Shown here in pieces: positions 1 through 12,499 of a DNA stretch of 64,000 bases (the stretch's first letter is position 1; each line of letters starts with the position of its first letter). Origin of the DNA: the human T2T-CHM13v2.0 reference genome, Homo sapiens; NCBI RefSeq assembly GCF_009914755.1, contig NC_060928.1. One strand, 5' to 3'. Below the pieces are notes generated by a model. That model saw only the letters and a program-made list of their open reading frames with translations, did not search any database and was not told the origin of the DNA. The translations under genes were made by a program, and so were the position numbers.

Positions 1-341
1 TAGGATAATTAACTCTTCTTGTTGAATTGATCCCTTTACCATTATGTAATGGCCTTCTTTGTCTCGTTTGATCTTTGTTGGTTTAAAATCTGTTTTATCA
101 GAGACTAGGATTGCAACCCCTGCTTTTTTTCTTTTGCTTTCCATTTGCTTGGTGGATCTTCCTCCATCCCTTTATTTTGAGCATACGTGTGTCTCTGCAT
201 GTGAGATGGATCTCCTGAATACAGCACAATGATGGGTCTTGACTCTTTATCCAATTTGCCAGTCTATGTCTTTTAATTGGGGTCATTTAGCCCATTTACA
301 TTTAAGGTTAATATTGTTATGTGTGAATTTGATCCTGTCAT
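1..341 (-). pseudogene. Disrupted L1 ORF2p N-terminus (endonuclease)
   Basis: MTGSNSHITILTLNVNGLN is followed by a 1-nt insertion and a stop; the homology continues in another frame (PIKRHRLANWIKSQDP). Confidence 0.9.
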
Positions 342-404
342 TATGATATTAGCTGGTTATTTTGCCCATTAATTGATGCAGTTTCTTCATAGCATCAATG
401 GTCT

Positions 405-1432
405 TTACAATTTGGCATGTTTTTGCAGTGGATGGTACTGGTTGTTCCTTTCCATATTTAGTGCTTCCTTCAGGAGCTCTTGTAAGGCAGGCCTGGTGGT
501 GACAAAATCTCTCAGCATTTGCTTGTCTCTAAAGGATTTTATTTCTCCTTCACTTATGAAGCTTAGTTTGGCTGGATATGAAATTCTGGTTTGAAAAATT
601 CTTTTCTTTAAGAATGTTGAATATTGTCCCCCACTCTCTTCTGGCTTGTAGGGTTTCTGCCAGGAGATCTGCTGTTAGTATGATGGGCTTCCCTTTGTGG
701 GTAATCCGACCTTTCTCTCTGGCTGCCCTTAACATTTTTTCCTTCATTTCCACCTTGGTGAATCTGACAATTATGTGTTTTGGGGTTGCTCTTCTCGAGG
801 AGTACCTTTGTGATGTTCTCTGTATTTCCTCAATTTGAATGTTGGCCTTGCTTGCCAGGTTGGGGAAGTTCTCCTGGATAATATCCTGAAGAGTGTTTTC
901 CAACTTGGTTCCATTTTCCCCATCATTTTCAGGTACACCAATCAAATGTAGATTTTGTCTTTTCACATAGTCCTATATTTCTTGGAGGATTTATTCATTT
1001 CTTTTTATTCTTTTTTTCTCTAAACTTCTCTTCTCGCTTTATTTCATTAATTTGATCTTCAATCACTGATATCCTTTCTTCCACTTGATTGAATTGCCTA
1101 TTGAAGCTTGTGCATGTATCACGAAGCTCTTGTGCCATGGTTTTCAGCTCAATCAGGTCATTTAAAGTCTTCTCGACACTGTTTATTCTAGTTAGCCATT
1201 CGTCTACCCTTTTTTCAAGGTTTTTGGCTTCTTTGTGATGGGTTAGAACGTGCTCCTTTAGCTCGGAGAAGTTTGTTATTACCGACCTTCTGAAGCCTAC
1301 TTCTGTCAACTCGCCAAAGTCATTCTCCATCCATCTTTGTTCCGTTGCTGGTGAGGAGCTGCGATCCTTTGGAGGAGAAGAGACACTCTGGTTTTTAGAA
1401 TTTTCAGCTTTTCTGTTCTGGTTTATCCCCAT
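405..1432 (-). pseudogene. Disrupted L1 ORF1p
   Basis: MGINQNRKAENSKNQS... to TAA at 405-407, split across frames by frameshifts (near 995-1010 and near 590). Confidence 0.9.
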
Positions 1433-2029
1433 CTTTGTGGTTTTATCTGCCTTTGGTCTTTGTTGTTGGTGACCTACAGATGGGGTTTTGGTGTGAATGT
1501 CCTTTTTGTTGATGTTGCTGCTATTCCTTTCTGTTTGTTAGTTTTCCTTCTAATAGTCAGATCCCTCAGCTGCAGGTCTGTTGGAGTTTGCTGGAAGTCC
1601 ACTCCAGACCCTGTTTGCCTGGGTATCACCAGCAGAGGCTGTAGAACAGCAAATATTGCAGAACGGCAAATATTGCTGCCTGATCCTTCCTCTGGAAGCT
1701 TCATCCCAGAGGCATGCACCTATATGTGGTGTCCGTCAGCTGCCACTGGGAGATGTCTCCCAGTTAGGCTACACAGGGGTCAGGGACCCACTTGAGGAGG
1801 CAGTCTGTCTGTTCTCTGAGCTCAAATGCCATGCTGGGAGAACAACTGCTCTCTTCAGAGCTGTCAGACAGGGACGTTTAAGTCTGCAGAAGTTTCTGCT
1901 GGCTTTTGTTCAGCTATGCCCTGCCCACAGAGGTGGAGTCTATAGAGGCAGTAGGCCTTCCTGAGCTGTGGTGGGCTCCCCCCAGTTCGAGCTTCCCAGC
2001 CGCTTTGTTTACCTACTTAAGCCTCAGCA

Positions 2030-2362
2030 ATTGCAGACACCCCTCCCCCAGCCAGGCTACAGCCTCGCAGGTTGATCTCAGGCTGCTGCGCTAGCAGCGA
2101 GCAAAGCTCCATGGGTATGGAACCCCCCGAGTCAGGCATGGGAGAGAATCCCCTGGTCTGCTGGTTGCTAAGACTGTGGGAAAAGTGCAGTATTTGGGCA
2201 GGCGTGTCCCATTTTTCCAGGTACAGTCTGTCACGGCTTCCCTTGGCTAGGAAAAGGAAATCCCCCGACCCCTTGCACTTCTCAGGTGAGGCGACGCCCC
2301 TCCCTGCTTCAGCTTGCCCTCCATGGGCTGCATCCACTGTCCAACCAGTCCCAGTGAGATGA
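2030..2362 (+). other. L1 ORF0-homologous open frame in the antisense-promoter region; canonical ATG replaced by ATT, internal ATGs at 2111, 2117 and 2138
   Basis: Reads (I)ADTPPPARLQPRRLISGCCASSEQSSMGMEPPESGMGENPLVCWLLRLWEKCSIWAGVSHFSR, collinear with L1 ORF0 as recalled (MAGAPPPASLPPCSLISDCCASNQ...RFSR). Donor-like sites at 2220|2221, 2285|2286 and 2367|2368. Confidence 0.75.
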
Positions 2363-2997
2363 ACCAGGTACCTCAGTTGGAAATGGAGAAATCACCTGTC
2401 TTCTGCGTCAATCATGCTGGGAGCTGCAGACCAGAGCTGTTCCTATTCGGCCATCTTGGAACGGTACCCAAAGTGGGTCTTGAAGGCTTGAACCCTCACC
2501 TGTTCCAGGTCACTCACCCTCCATGTTACCATCTTTGTGGAGGCTGGCTTGGTAGATAACCTTGAGCCACTACTTCTCAGGAGACAGCTTTGAAGGATAT
2601 CTGTATGTGCAAGCCCTCACAGCCAAACAGGAGCTCATGCAAAATGTAAGGGGGAAAGAAAAATTAAGCAAAAAAACTCATAACCAGGGTGAAGTGTATT
2701 TTGGATCGTAGATTTTTATTACTGCCAGCCAGTGTCAGGCAGGGGCCATTAATCCTCATATGGTGTTGAACAGTAAATCTGCAATACTGAGCCTCTACCA
2801 CAGGTGGAATTTGGTCTGTAAAAAAGATTCCTCACTTGAGATGGGGCTAAAGTGATTAGCAGCCACTGCGTTTATAGAACACCACTAAAAAGAAAGAACA
2901 TATTTTAACATAATGTCTCAGCAGTGCCAAGCTGCACTCTCTTGGGTGTGTTTCCTAATGAAGCCTTTGCTCTCTTTTTGTTCTGTCCTTGGCGAAG

Positions 2998-3185
2998 GTG
3001 TGGATCATATCTTTTTTAAAGTTGAGATCCTGTCCAATGAAGACCGGGAATGGCATGAATCTTTCTCACTAGTCCTTGGCCCAGATGACCCAGTGGAAGC
3101 AGTTCTTGGGGATGTGACTACTGCCACGGTGACAATTCTAGACCAGGAGGCAGCAGGGAGCCTCATATTGCCAGCACCACCCATT
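2998..3185 (+). CDS. FRAS1: FRAS1 coding exon (~62), end of last Calx-beta region, (G)VDHIFFKV...PAPPI
   Basis: aag|GT acceptor after a pyrimidine tract; ATT|gtgagt donor; 188 nt; phase 1 to 0. Confidence 0.95.
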
Positions 3186-3281
3186 GTGAGTTGCTTGACC
3201 CAAAGGATTGCTGTTTTACGTCTCAGTGACTAGTAGATGAGAACTGAAGGGAAGTACTCTATTTCTTTATTCTTCTAACCC

Positions 3282-3514
3282 AGTGGTTCCCAACCAGGAG
3301 CCATCTTGCCTTCCATCATCCCCTTTCCAGAGGACATTTAAGCAATGTCTGGAGACATTTTTGGTTGTCACAGTTGTCACACCAGGTGCTACTAGTATCT
3401 AGTGGGTAAAAGCCAGGGATACTCCTAAACATCCCATAATGCACAGGGAAGCCCCCGACAACAAAAGTAATTATTTGGCACAAATGTCAATAGTGTTGAG
3501 GGTAAGAAACCCTG
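3282..3514. mobile_element. MER20 hAT-Charlie DNA transposon fossil
   Basis: CAGTGGTTCCCAACC...AAGAAACCCTG termini and MER20-like internal sequence. Confidence 0.8.
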
Positions 3515-4307
3515 TTCTGACCTAAAAGTGAGACCAAATCCTGTTGGTATCTTAGTCTGATAAAGATAGAAAATACAATACAATTGATCTTCTCATTTCT
3601 TTGATGGGACTTAGAAGAGTAAGAAGGTAATACTACCTCATATCTATCATCCCACATATTCACTATATTTATAGAATTAAGTACCTGTGGGAAGGTAGTA
3701 CCAGATTTCCTAACTTGGGGTGAATAGAATGAATGCACTGTCCTTACAATTAAGAGGAAAACACCTAGAGGTTGCCAAGGAAAATTTAACCCATAATTGT
3801 GAAGCAATCAGAAGAAGCCTTCTGACTTCCGCTAACTTGTCTCATATATTAGAAAAGAATGATGATTATTTCAAAATGTGTCTCTTATTTGGCCATGGAA
3901 GAAATATACCACCTCTATTTACTCTTATTTTGCCAAATGTTCTACTATATACCATCAACTATTTAATGCAACTTTAAACTAGCAACTGCTATTCATGATA
4001 CAGCTTTGGTTCCAATGGGCAGGAAAATCAGAGTATTTTTTTACATGAGTGATAGGGCTCTGATTTAGGAATAAAACTAAAAGGATAATAAAGCTTCTAG
4101 CCCAACCAGTAGAAGAATCTTCTCCACCACTAAAGATCTGCAGTATCTTTTAAGGATGCCTGGCAAAGAATTATAAAAACTTCTCCTGTTATATTTCAAA
4201 GAACCTGTAGACACTAAGAGATCTTGTGGATCTCTAAAGAAAGGGGGCTTAGTTCTCTGACCTTGCCAATACCCAACCTGAACTGAAGCTTTGTTGCTCT
4301 TTCGCAG

Positions 4308-4583
4308 GTGGTCACACTTGCTGACTATGACCATGTGGAAGAAGTTACCAAGGAAGGAGTCAAGAAATCCCCCTCCCCAGGCTACCCACTGGTCTGTGTC
4401 ACCCCCTGCGACCCTCATTTCCCCAGATACGCTGTCATGAAGGAGCGCTGCAGTGAGGCCGGCATCAACCAGACATCTGTGCAGTTCAGCTGGGAAGTGG
4501 CTGCCCCCACTGATGGCAATGGGGCCCGGTCTCCCTTTGAAACCATCACTGACAACACACCATTCACCAGTGTCAACCACATG
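4308..4583 (+). CDS. FRAS1: FRAS1 coding exon (~63) VVTLADYD...SVNHM
   Basis: cgcag|GTG acceptor; ATG|gtaggt donor; 276 nt; phase 0/0. Confidence 0.97.
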
Positions 4584-6850
4584 GTAGGTCTGGGGGTCTG
4601 GGCCTGGTTCTCCCTCCCTGGGAGAGAACTGGTGTTGTTCTTTGTTACTCAGATAATCAAATTCCTTATGGTCCATGCATGGCATTTGGAATAAAACAAA
4701 TAAGCAGGTGCACAGTCTTTTTACTCTTATACATAAGAAAAGGTTATATGCTGTAATAGAAAACTAAGCTAGTTAGAAGACCTGTTTGCAAATTCTGGTT
4801 CTGCCTGTTTTAAACTAAATAATGTTAAGAGGTTACTTAATCTCTCTGAGTCTCAGTCTCCTGATCTGCAAAGTAATAATTCTTTTGCTTGGCTACTTGA
4901 CAAGGTCATTGAAAAATGTGACCTATAAATGACAAAGTCAGTGAAAAACTCCAGATAGGCGCTGTTGATTACTATTAATGTATCTCCAATCGTTCAATAA
5001 GTATTAACACATAACTCCTTATGGACATGAACCAAAGTTTCTACCACATTTCTGTAATGCAGTAGAAACATGGCCCAAAATGGCCAGGACATCGATGGCA
5101 CATAGAGGGGACCAGTTATTAAATAAAAGAATAGAATGGTTGCTGAATGATCAGCACGTTACAAAGCTCTATGGGAGGCCATGAAAAGACATTTGTGCAG
5201 CAGTTGCTGTCCTCAAAAAGCTTAGAGACCAACACCCCTGACACCATCAGAGAACAATGAATAGTATGTTTTCCCAACCTTAACAAACAGCCCACCACAG
5301 TGATCCTGCACATCATACTGATAAAGCTGGTTCTCTTCCAAAAGTGAGCTGAAAGCAGTTGAGATTCAGGCTTAGTATATAGTACCTGGCATGTAGTAAG
5401 CATCCAACAATTCTTGCCTAAAATTATATCACTGAATGATTTTAGACATCAGAGATTTCTTTCAGACCAAATTTCTCTAGATTTTCCTGTTCATTCCACA
5501 GTTTATTCCCACTGTAATAAGAGCTTCACTGGGATGAATAGCAGAGGAAAACCACTAGACATAGATGGGAGGCTTTGGATAATGCAGGGTCGTTCATACC
5601 CACTCTCTTTGGCACAGCTTATTCAGAAAGGCCTGAAGAGCAATTCTTTTGCAACATAACCTAGTTCAAATTTAAATAGTCTTCTCTATTATTAAAAAAT
5701 CAACATGGCAAGAATTACCAGCTTGTTGTTTCTTAAGTATCTATTTCTGTCTTCAACAAAACTGTAAAGGAGGTATGGTCTGGTTGGAGCCAAATGTACA
5801 TTTTTAACAGATAAATTTATGACTTTATGCTTCAGGTTTTCTTCTTGCAATGAATTTGTGACTAATACCCTTTACCCTGGTTTCCGTCACTTTATCTTGA
5901 TTTCTTCAATTATTTATTTAATGCCATTCTATTATATGCATTCTTGTAGGATGCCTCAAATCCCTTCTGTACTAAGTTCATGTATATATAAATAAGTAAA
6001 GCATTGGCAGCTAATTAAAAAAAAGTTTAATGGAAAAATTTTCTTTAGTTTTTAATGGACTTCAGTGAAAATTGTTTTCATGGGTAAAATGTATAAGTTT
6101 GTGTGATTGCTTTCTGAGAGGTCTGTGGCACACAGAACTACTGATTAATTTTTCTTGTTATATACTTCCCTATGTAAATGCACACATAACCTAAAGAGTC
6201 CTGGTGACCTACATTGCCTCTGCATAGATTGAGTTAAGCACTCTTAGGGCTTCTGTATGTTTGGGGACTTGGAGGAATCTGTGGAAAGACCTTCAAAGAC
6301 TAGAAGGTGTCAGAGGCCAAGTTCTCAGCTTCAAGCCTGCATGTTATTATAACCCTTGCAGTGTGTGGTCACTGGGTAGGGAGATGGGATGATCGAGGGA
6401 GGATAACAGTAGGATAAAGAGACCATGAGAATTCCTGGGAAGGAAGCATATTTCCTCTGTCTCCTGACATCATGCTCTCAGCAACAGTGATTTGGAGGCC
6501 AACCAGTCTTGCTAGAAGCCTGAATAACACTTGGGTCATCCTTCTGCTGAGCCTAGTATATAAAGAGAACAATACTATTAATGGAAATCATTCATCTATG
6601 GGTTTGTGCTCCACATCTGTCTACTTGCTTGTTGACTATCTTACCCCCTTAGGCTATAAGTACTCACTGATCTGTCTCGAGTGTCTGGTTCATAGTTAAA
6701 AGTCAATAATTACGTGATGAATGAATGAATAGATGGAAAAATCAATGGATGGGTGGATGGATGATCTTTACAGATTAACTTGAACCAGATCATGTAAGGA
6801 GCTGTTTAAGTAGGGTACTCACATTGGAGGTGATTTTTTCTTCCTGTTAG

Positions 6851-7083
6851 GTCCTGGACAGCATTTACTTCAGCCGGAGGTTCCATGTGCGTTGTGTGGC
6901 CAAGGCTGTGGACAAGGTGGGCCATGTGGGGACCCCCTTAAGGAGCAACATTGTTACCATTGGAACAGACAGTGCTATCTGCCACACACCAGTGGTGGCT
7001 GGGACATCCAGAGGCTTCCAGGCTCAGTCCTTCATCGCAACCTTGAAATACCTGGATGTCAAACATAAGGAGCATCCGAACAG
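6851..7083 (+). CDS. FRAS1: FRAS1 coding exon (~64) VLDSIYFS...EHPN(R)
   Basis: ttag|GTC acceptor; CAG|gtcagg donor; 233 nt; phase 0 to 2. Confidence 0.96.
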
Positions 7084-8968
7084 GTCAGGCAGGTGGTGCC
7101 TTCCACCACACATAGATTGAAGTGAATCTCAGGTCTCCTTTGTGTGTTTCCCAGGACAATCAATAAGGGATGCTTCTGCATGATAAAAATGTGATGATGA
7201 ATGCATCAGTAAAAGTTTAAATCTGTGAAGGTCCCTCAAGCTCGGGCCCCCTGCCTATCTTCCTAGTCTTTCTCTCACCTTGTCATTTTCACCGGCCATT
7301 CCAACCACAAGGAATCATGAGTAACTTCCCAAGTGCTACAGACTCTTACAGGTTGCATATCTCTGCCATGCTGTTACCTCAACTCTCCCTAACCCCCTTC
7401 CACTGGCCGGAACCCTACTGTCCTACAATACCTACTGCATGGCATCTCTTCTAGGGACATTTCCAACATCTCCCCTAATTTAATTTGGAGGCTTCCCCTC
7501 CTGGCTTCTCTGGCACCTGTATATGCTTCTTTTAGAAGATTATTAGCATTCACTCTCTCTGCCCTTTAGTAGATGGTAAGGCCTGAAGACCATGAGTATG
7601 TATTTTGAGTATCTTCTGCCAGTATAGTGCTTCTTGGCATCTAAGAGGCACTCCTAAATATCTACTGAACAAATGAATAATAACATTGTAGAAATTAGGA
7701 GACATTGGACTTAATTTTTTTCTGGGCCACCATGATGGGAAATGGATGTTTTCATTTTTGCATAGCAAAAAAGAATTTGTGTATGTTATGCGTATTTATT
7801 AAACACTATAGTATTTAAGTGTGTGCCTTTATGAACAACTCAGTTGCTCATAAACTCAGAAAAATGAGTTCCTTTGTATGAATAAAACATGTTTGAATGA
7901 ATATGTACATGCTTCTTTCTTTCCTGACACAATAAAATGTATCTTGGTGACCCCTTCCTAGAAAAAAGGCCCTCCTCTTCACTTCCAGGGTTCTGATTCT
8001 ACTTAAAAATGTGACTCTTTGCTCAGAGAGACAAGTATATAAACTCAAAACACACTTTCAGTAAACACGCTCAAAGTTTAAACTGGTACAATGACAAAAA
8101 TGCAACCCATAAGTACTATCATGTTGCAGTCTTAACCAATATTTATTAAACTCATTTCTTATTTAGAATTGTATACTATGTGCCCTGGAGAAACAAAAGA
8201 AGTGAAGGAAATATTCCTTGTCCTCATAGTGGAGAGGCAAGACAAACAGAGTCTGAAAACATTTGAGAAATAGCAGCCAATATAAATAAGTTACAGATTT
8301 CCTGGTCCAAAGGCTGCCTAAGAGCTGAGGATGTAGATCAAGGAACAGCACACTGCAGATTGAGGCTGGCGGGGCTGGACACGTAGTGCTGATAGGACTT
8401 ACAGGCAGACTGGAGAGAGAAGGCTGTTTTCAGTCAGGAGAGACAGTATAAGTAGCTGGATATTGTAGTTTCTCAGATTTGGCTGGGTAGAGGAATTGGT
8501 TTTAGAGTTTAAAAGCTCAACGATATATTTTTGACTCAAATACTTAAAAGAAATGTGAGTGTCAACCTTACCTAACTTCCATAGACATTCACTGTGACAG
8601 AGCAGGGGAACAGGCCCTCTCTAGTCACTCAGCTTTAGCTCCTGAAATAACAGAGTTTCCATTAAAAAGCAAAGGAGAGCTTTAAAGTAATTTGTGGTTG
8701 TGATGTTATCTTTTCCTGTATAGAAAAAAAATCTATAATTCTAGATTGCTATCAGTCCTCTGTCTGGAGGGTCTCTTAGAGGGAAGCAATGATACTATGT
8801 GTATATGTATACCCCCTGTTCAGATAGAAATCCTACCTGGAAAGCTTCAGGAAGAAAAAAAAATGGTAGCTCATTGGTGAAGACAAATTAGGTGATGAGA
8901 AAGAAGTATGTCCTATTGACCATTTATAGCAGTCAGCTAAACATTTATTTCTGCCTTTTTCCCCCTAG

Positions 8969-9129
8969 AATCCACATTTCGGTGCAGATCCCACACCAGG
9001 ATGGAATGCTGCCCCTTATCTCCACCATGCCGTTGCACAACTTACATTTTCTACTGTCTGAGTCCATCTACAGACACCAGCACGTCTGCTCCAATTTAGT
9101 TACCACCTATGACCTGAGAGGCATCTCAG
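8969..9129 (+). CDS. FRAS1: FRAS1 coding exon (~65) IHISVQIP...LRGIS
   Basis: cctag|A acceptor; CAG|gtgaga donor; 161 nt; phase 2 to 1. Confidence 0.96.
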
Positions 9130-9556
9130 GTGAGATTGACAAGTTCAGGACTGGTCTTTCCATGCTAGCCCAGTGCAGTTGACTTTCAGGATATGCCAGA
9201 GTGAGAACTGCTTTTCATGTTTTCTGGTCCTCAGAATCCACATATTAGTGGTTTTCCTTCTAGCACACATGCAAATGCCATCAGTTCAGTCAATGCAGTG
9301 GACAGGAAGAAACAAGGACTTTGGAATCACACTGGTTCAAATCCTTATTCCACTGAACAAATATAGTTTGACCTTTCTGAGCCACTGTTGTCTATAAAGT
9401 GGGAATAACAATTGCTACCACTCAAGATGAGGATTAAATGCGTTGACATTTTTAAAGCACCTACTATGGTATATTTTAGTGTCTTCATTCCCTTAGAGTG
9501 AGCATGTTTACATTGGTGCTCCAAAAACCTGTTATAGAAAGCTGAAGTGAAGATGG

Positions 9557-9900
9557 TATAGGATGAGTTCTCCAGAAGCAGGAGCTGAGAGGGAGTTTGG
9601 GGTTACAAGATGTTTATTAGGGATCAATATCTGTGAAAGAGAAGGAGCGAAACAGGATTGGGCAGAGGGAGAAGTCAAGCTGCAATGCAGGCTGAAAAAG
9701 CCATCTCGGCCATGGCAGGGAGCTCTGGAGAGACTTGTCCTACTTCCAGCTGACACAGCCAGACCCTTATAGCCTACCTAGCTAAGTCACTGGATGCAGG
9801 CTGCCCCGCAAGGGCATGACCTTGGGCTGAGCCAACATGCAGCTGACGCAGAGCTGAAGGAGCTGACAGCTGAGGCAGCGCATCTCTGTGTTCACCACAG
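9557..9900. mobile_element. Old ERVL-type LTR fragment (LTR16/LTR33-like)
   Basis: Motifs GTTCTCCAGAAGCAG...CTGAGA...GGATTGGGCAGAGGGAGAAGTCAAGCTGCAATGCAG; boundaries approximate. Confidence 0.5.
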
Positions 9901-10361
9901 CAGACATTTGACTTTACAAAGAATTCTGTCCATTTCCATTTACCTTAGCAAGTGCACATTAAATGCATATTTCCTCCTTTCACAAATGATGAAACACTTA
10001 ACAGTGTTTTTGAAGACAGAAATGCATTCATATTCTCTTTCATATTCATTAAGCATCACTTTTGGTCATGATGGTCTTTATACAGTAGAAATTAGCTGAG
10101 TGAAAATTATTTATAAATCACTGAGCTACATATGAAAGTTTAATTGGTCCACATCTGTAGCTAGTGGAAGAGACATACTGTGTTTAAATACTAAACTTTG
10201 CACCTGTTCCTGCTTAAAAGCAATTAAATTCAAGACATGTTAATTGAGTACCTAGTCATCATGGGGCAGAGGGCTAGGTGCTGGGTCTCAAGCATTCTAA
10301 GATATTTATCAACCCTTTTAAAATACTACAGTTGCTTTTAGTACTATAAAAATTTTAACCC

Positions 10362-10668
<307 letters not shown>

Positions 10669-11376
10669 TCATATTCTAAAATTGTGTCTGTGTTCAGCTC
10701 CCTACTGCATAAAGTTCTCCCTTAATTTAGAGCCATTCATGTGCTTGGCAGCATTTGATTAAATAATTTTTGCCTGGCACAGGTGAGAGTTACAGGCATC
10801 ATTAGTGACCTATTTACTCACTAACAAAAAATTAAGACTTTCCCCCGACAAGAGTTCAGAAACTGTATGAGCAAGAAGTAGTCAAATGTAGGTATGCTGG
10901 CTTTTTTTTTTTTTTTTGAGATGGGGTCTCAAAAAAGAAATTTTAAAAATCACTCTTAAAATAATAATTCACCAATGAATGAGCCATACAGTAAATCCAT
11001 TTCTTCAGCAGTGGTGGGGACATATATGAAGCACAGGACCAGACTTGCCAGGTATAACAGGCAAAGCTTCAGAGAGTTTTCCTTTCCAAGTTCTGCCGCC
11101 TTCATTCATGGTATCATTTGCTCACCTTTTCCTCCCTGGTTCCTGTGGTCTCTTAGAGGTGGAGTCCTCCATTCAACACCTGGCAACAGCAGTTAGCAAG
11201 CGCTTTCCAAGATCCCTCACATTCTCCCTGCACATTGGGAGCCCTGGGTTGCTTTGTTAGTAGGGTCTCAGGTGATTGAAAGTGCTTTTAGTGCAAAAGG
11301 GTGAGCTCTTCACCCCACCCTGCTCCTTGGCATCCACAAACCAAGTTATCGTTCCTTGTTCTTCCCTCCCTGGCAG

Positions 11377-11591
11377 AGGCAGGGTTCCTGGATGATGTGG
11401 TCTATGATAGCACTGCCCTGGGGCCTGGCTACGATCGCCCCTTCCAGTTTGACCCCAGCGTGCGAGAGCCGAAGACCATCCAGCTCTACAAACACCTGAA
11501 CCTGAAGAGCTGCGTGTGGACCTTTGATGCTTATTATGACATGACTGAGCTGATTGACGTCTGTGGGGGCTCTGTAACTGCTGACTTCCAG
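11377..11591 (+). CDS. FRAS1: FRAS1 coding exon (~66) (E)AGFLDDVV...TADFQ
   Basis: ggcag|AG acceptor; CAG|gtaggt donor; 215 nt; phase 1 to 0. Confidence 0.96.
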
Positions 11592-12133
11592 GTAGGTGCC
11601 CCGGGGCTTGTCTGAGGACTCTGCATATGGGTGCCATGGTCAACCTTGTTTGTTCCTGAAGCACTTCAATTAGCACTTTGCCTCCAGAACTGGGACAACC
11701 AACTAAGGGAGTCTTCTTTATAAGTCCCTCAAGCAAGATCTTGGCAGCACTGAAGCTAGAGAAGGCCCCCAAAGTCCTCTAAATCAAGTTAATGTGGAAA
11801 AAACTTACTGTCTGGCATACTCACTTATGTAAAAATCCAATATTTACTTCTCTAGGCATATATGTTTTTGTATTTATAATGCATATATTTTGGAAAGCCA
11901 AAAATATTTACATTTGATGCTAGGGTTATTACTACATTGATATATTCTCTTCCCCACCTGGGAAAATGCGTCAGATGATGCAGCCTGTCTTTCAGAAGAT
12001 AAGAAGAGCTCTGTTGTCCTATGCATTGTGGAAAGATAATTGCTTAAAACATTTTTATTTCACACCTGTTCCAAACTGCCAGCCCCCACAAAAATAGACA
12101 CTTTCTAAAATATATATTACCATTAAACATTAG

Positions 12134-12499
12134 TGTGTTAGTCTATTCTCACACTACCATAAAGACAAACCAGAGACTGGTAATCTATAAAGAAAAGAGG
12201 TTTAATTGACTCACAGTTCCACATGGCTGGAGAGGCCTCAGGAAACTTATAATCATAGTGAAAGGGGAAGCAGACATGTCTTACATGGTGGCAGGTGAGA
12301 GAGAGCAAGCAAGAACAAGGAAAACTGCCTTATAAAACCATCAGATCTCATGAGAACTCACTATCACAAGAACAGCATGAGGGAAACCACCCCCATGATC
12401 CAATCACCTCCCATCTGGTTCCTCCCTTGACATGTAGGGATTATGGGGATTACAATTCAAGATGAGATTTGGGTGGGGACACAGAGCCAAACCATATCA
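12134..12499 (-). mobile_element. THE1-type MaLR solo LTR (THE1D-like)
   Basis: TGTGTTAGTC...CCAAACCATATCA with a perfect 5-bp TSD ATTAG (12129-12133 and 12500-12504). Confidence 0.9.

Larger units (their letters stand above)
1..2469 (-). mobile_element. 5' part of an L1PA-type LINE-1 (roughly L1PA6-8-like) antisense in a FRAS1 intron: 5'UTR, ORF1, 63-nt spacer, start of ORF2; continues beyond the window start
   Basis: The minus strand begins ...TCCAAGATGGCCGAATAGGAACAGCTC (L1 5' end). ORF1-like peptides at 995-1432 and 550-966. ORF2 start ATGACAGGATCAAATTCACAC at 341. Endonuclease-like peptide WIKSQDPSLCCIQE. Confidence 0.95.

Noticed and set aside
1-2469. Possible active full-length L1
   Set aside because: ORF1 and ORF2 both carry frameshifts and early stops.
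4077-4685. 202-aa antisense ORF (similar ones at 11257-11772 and 36251-36511)
   Set aside because: These are shadow frames opposite real FRAS1 exons, with no independent promoter, splice or homology evidence.
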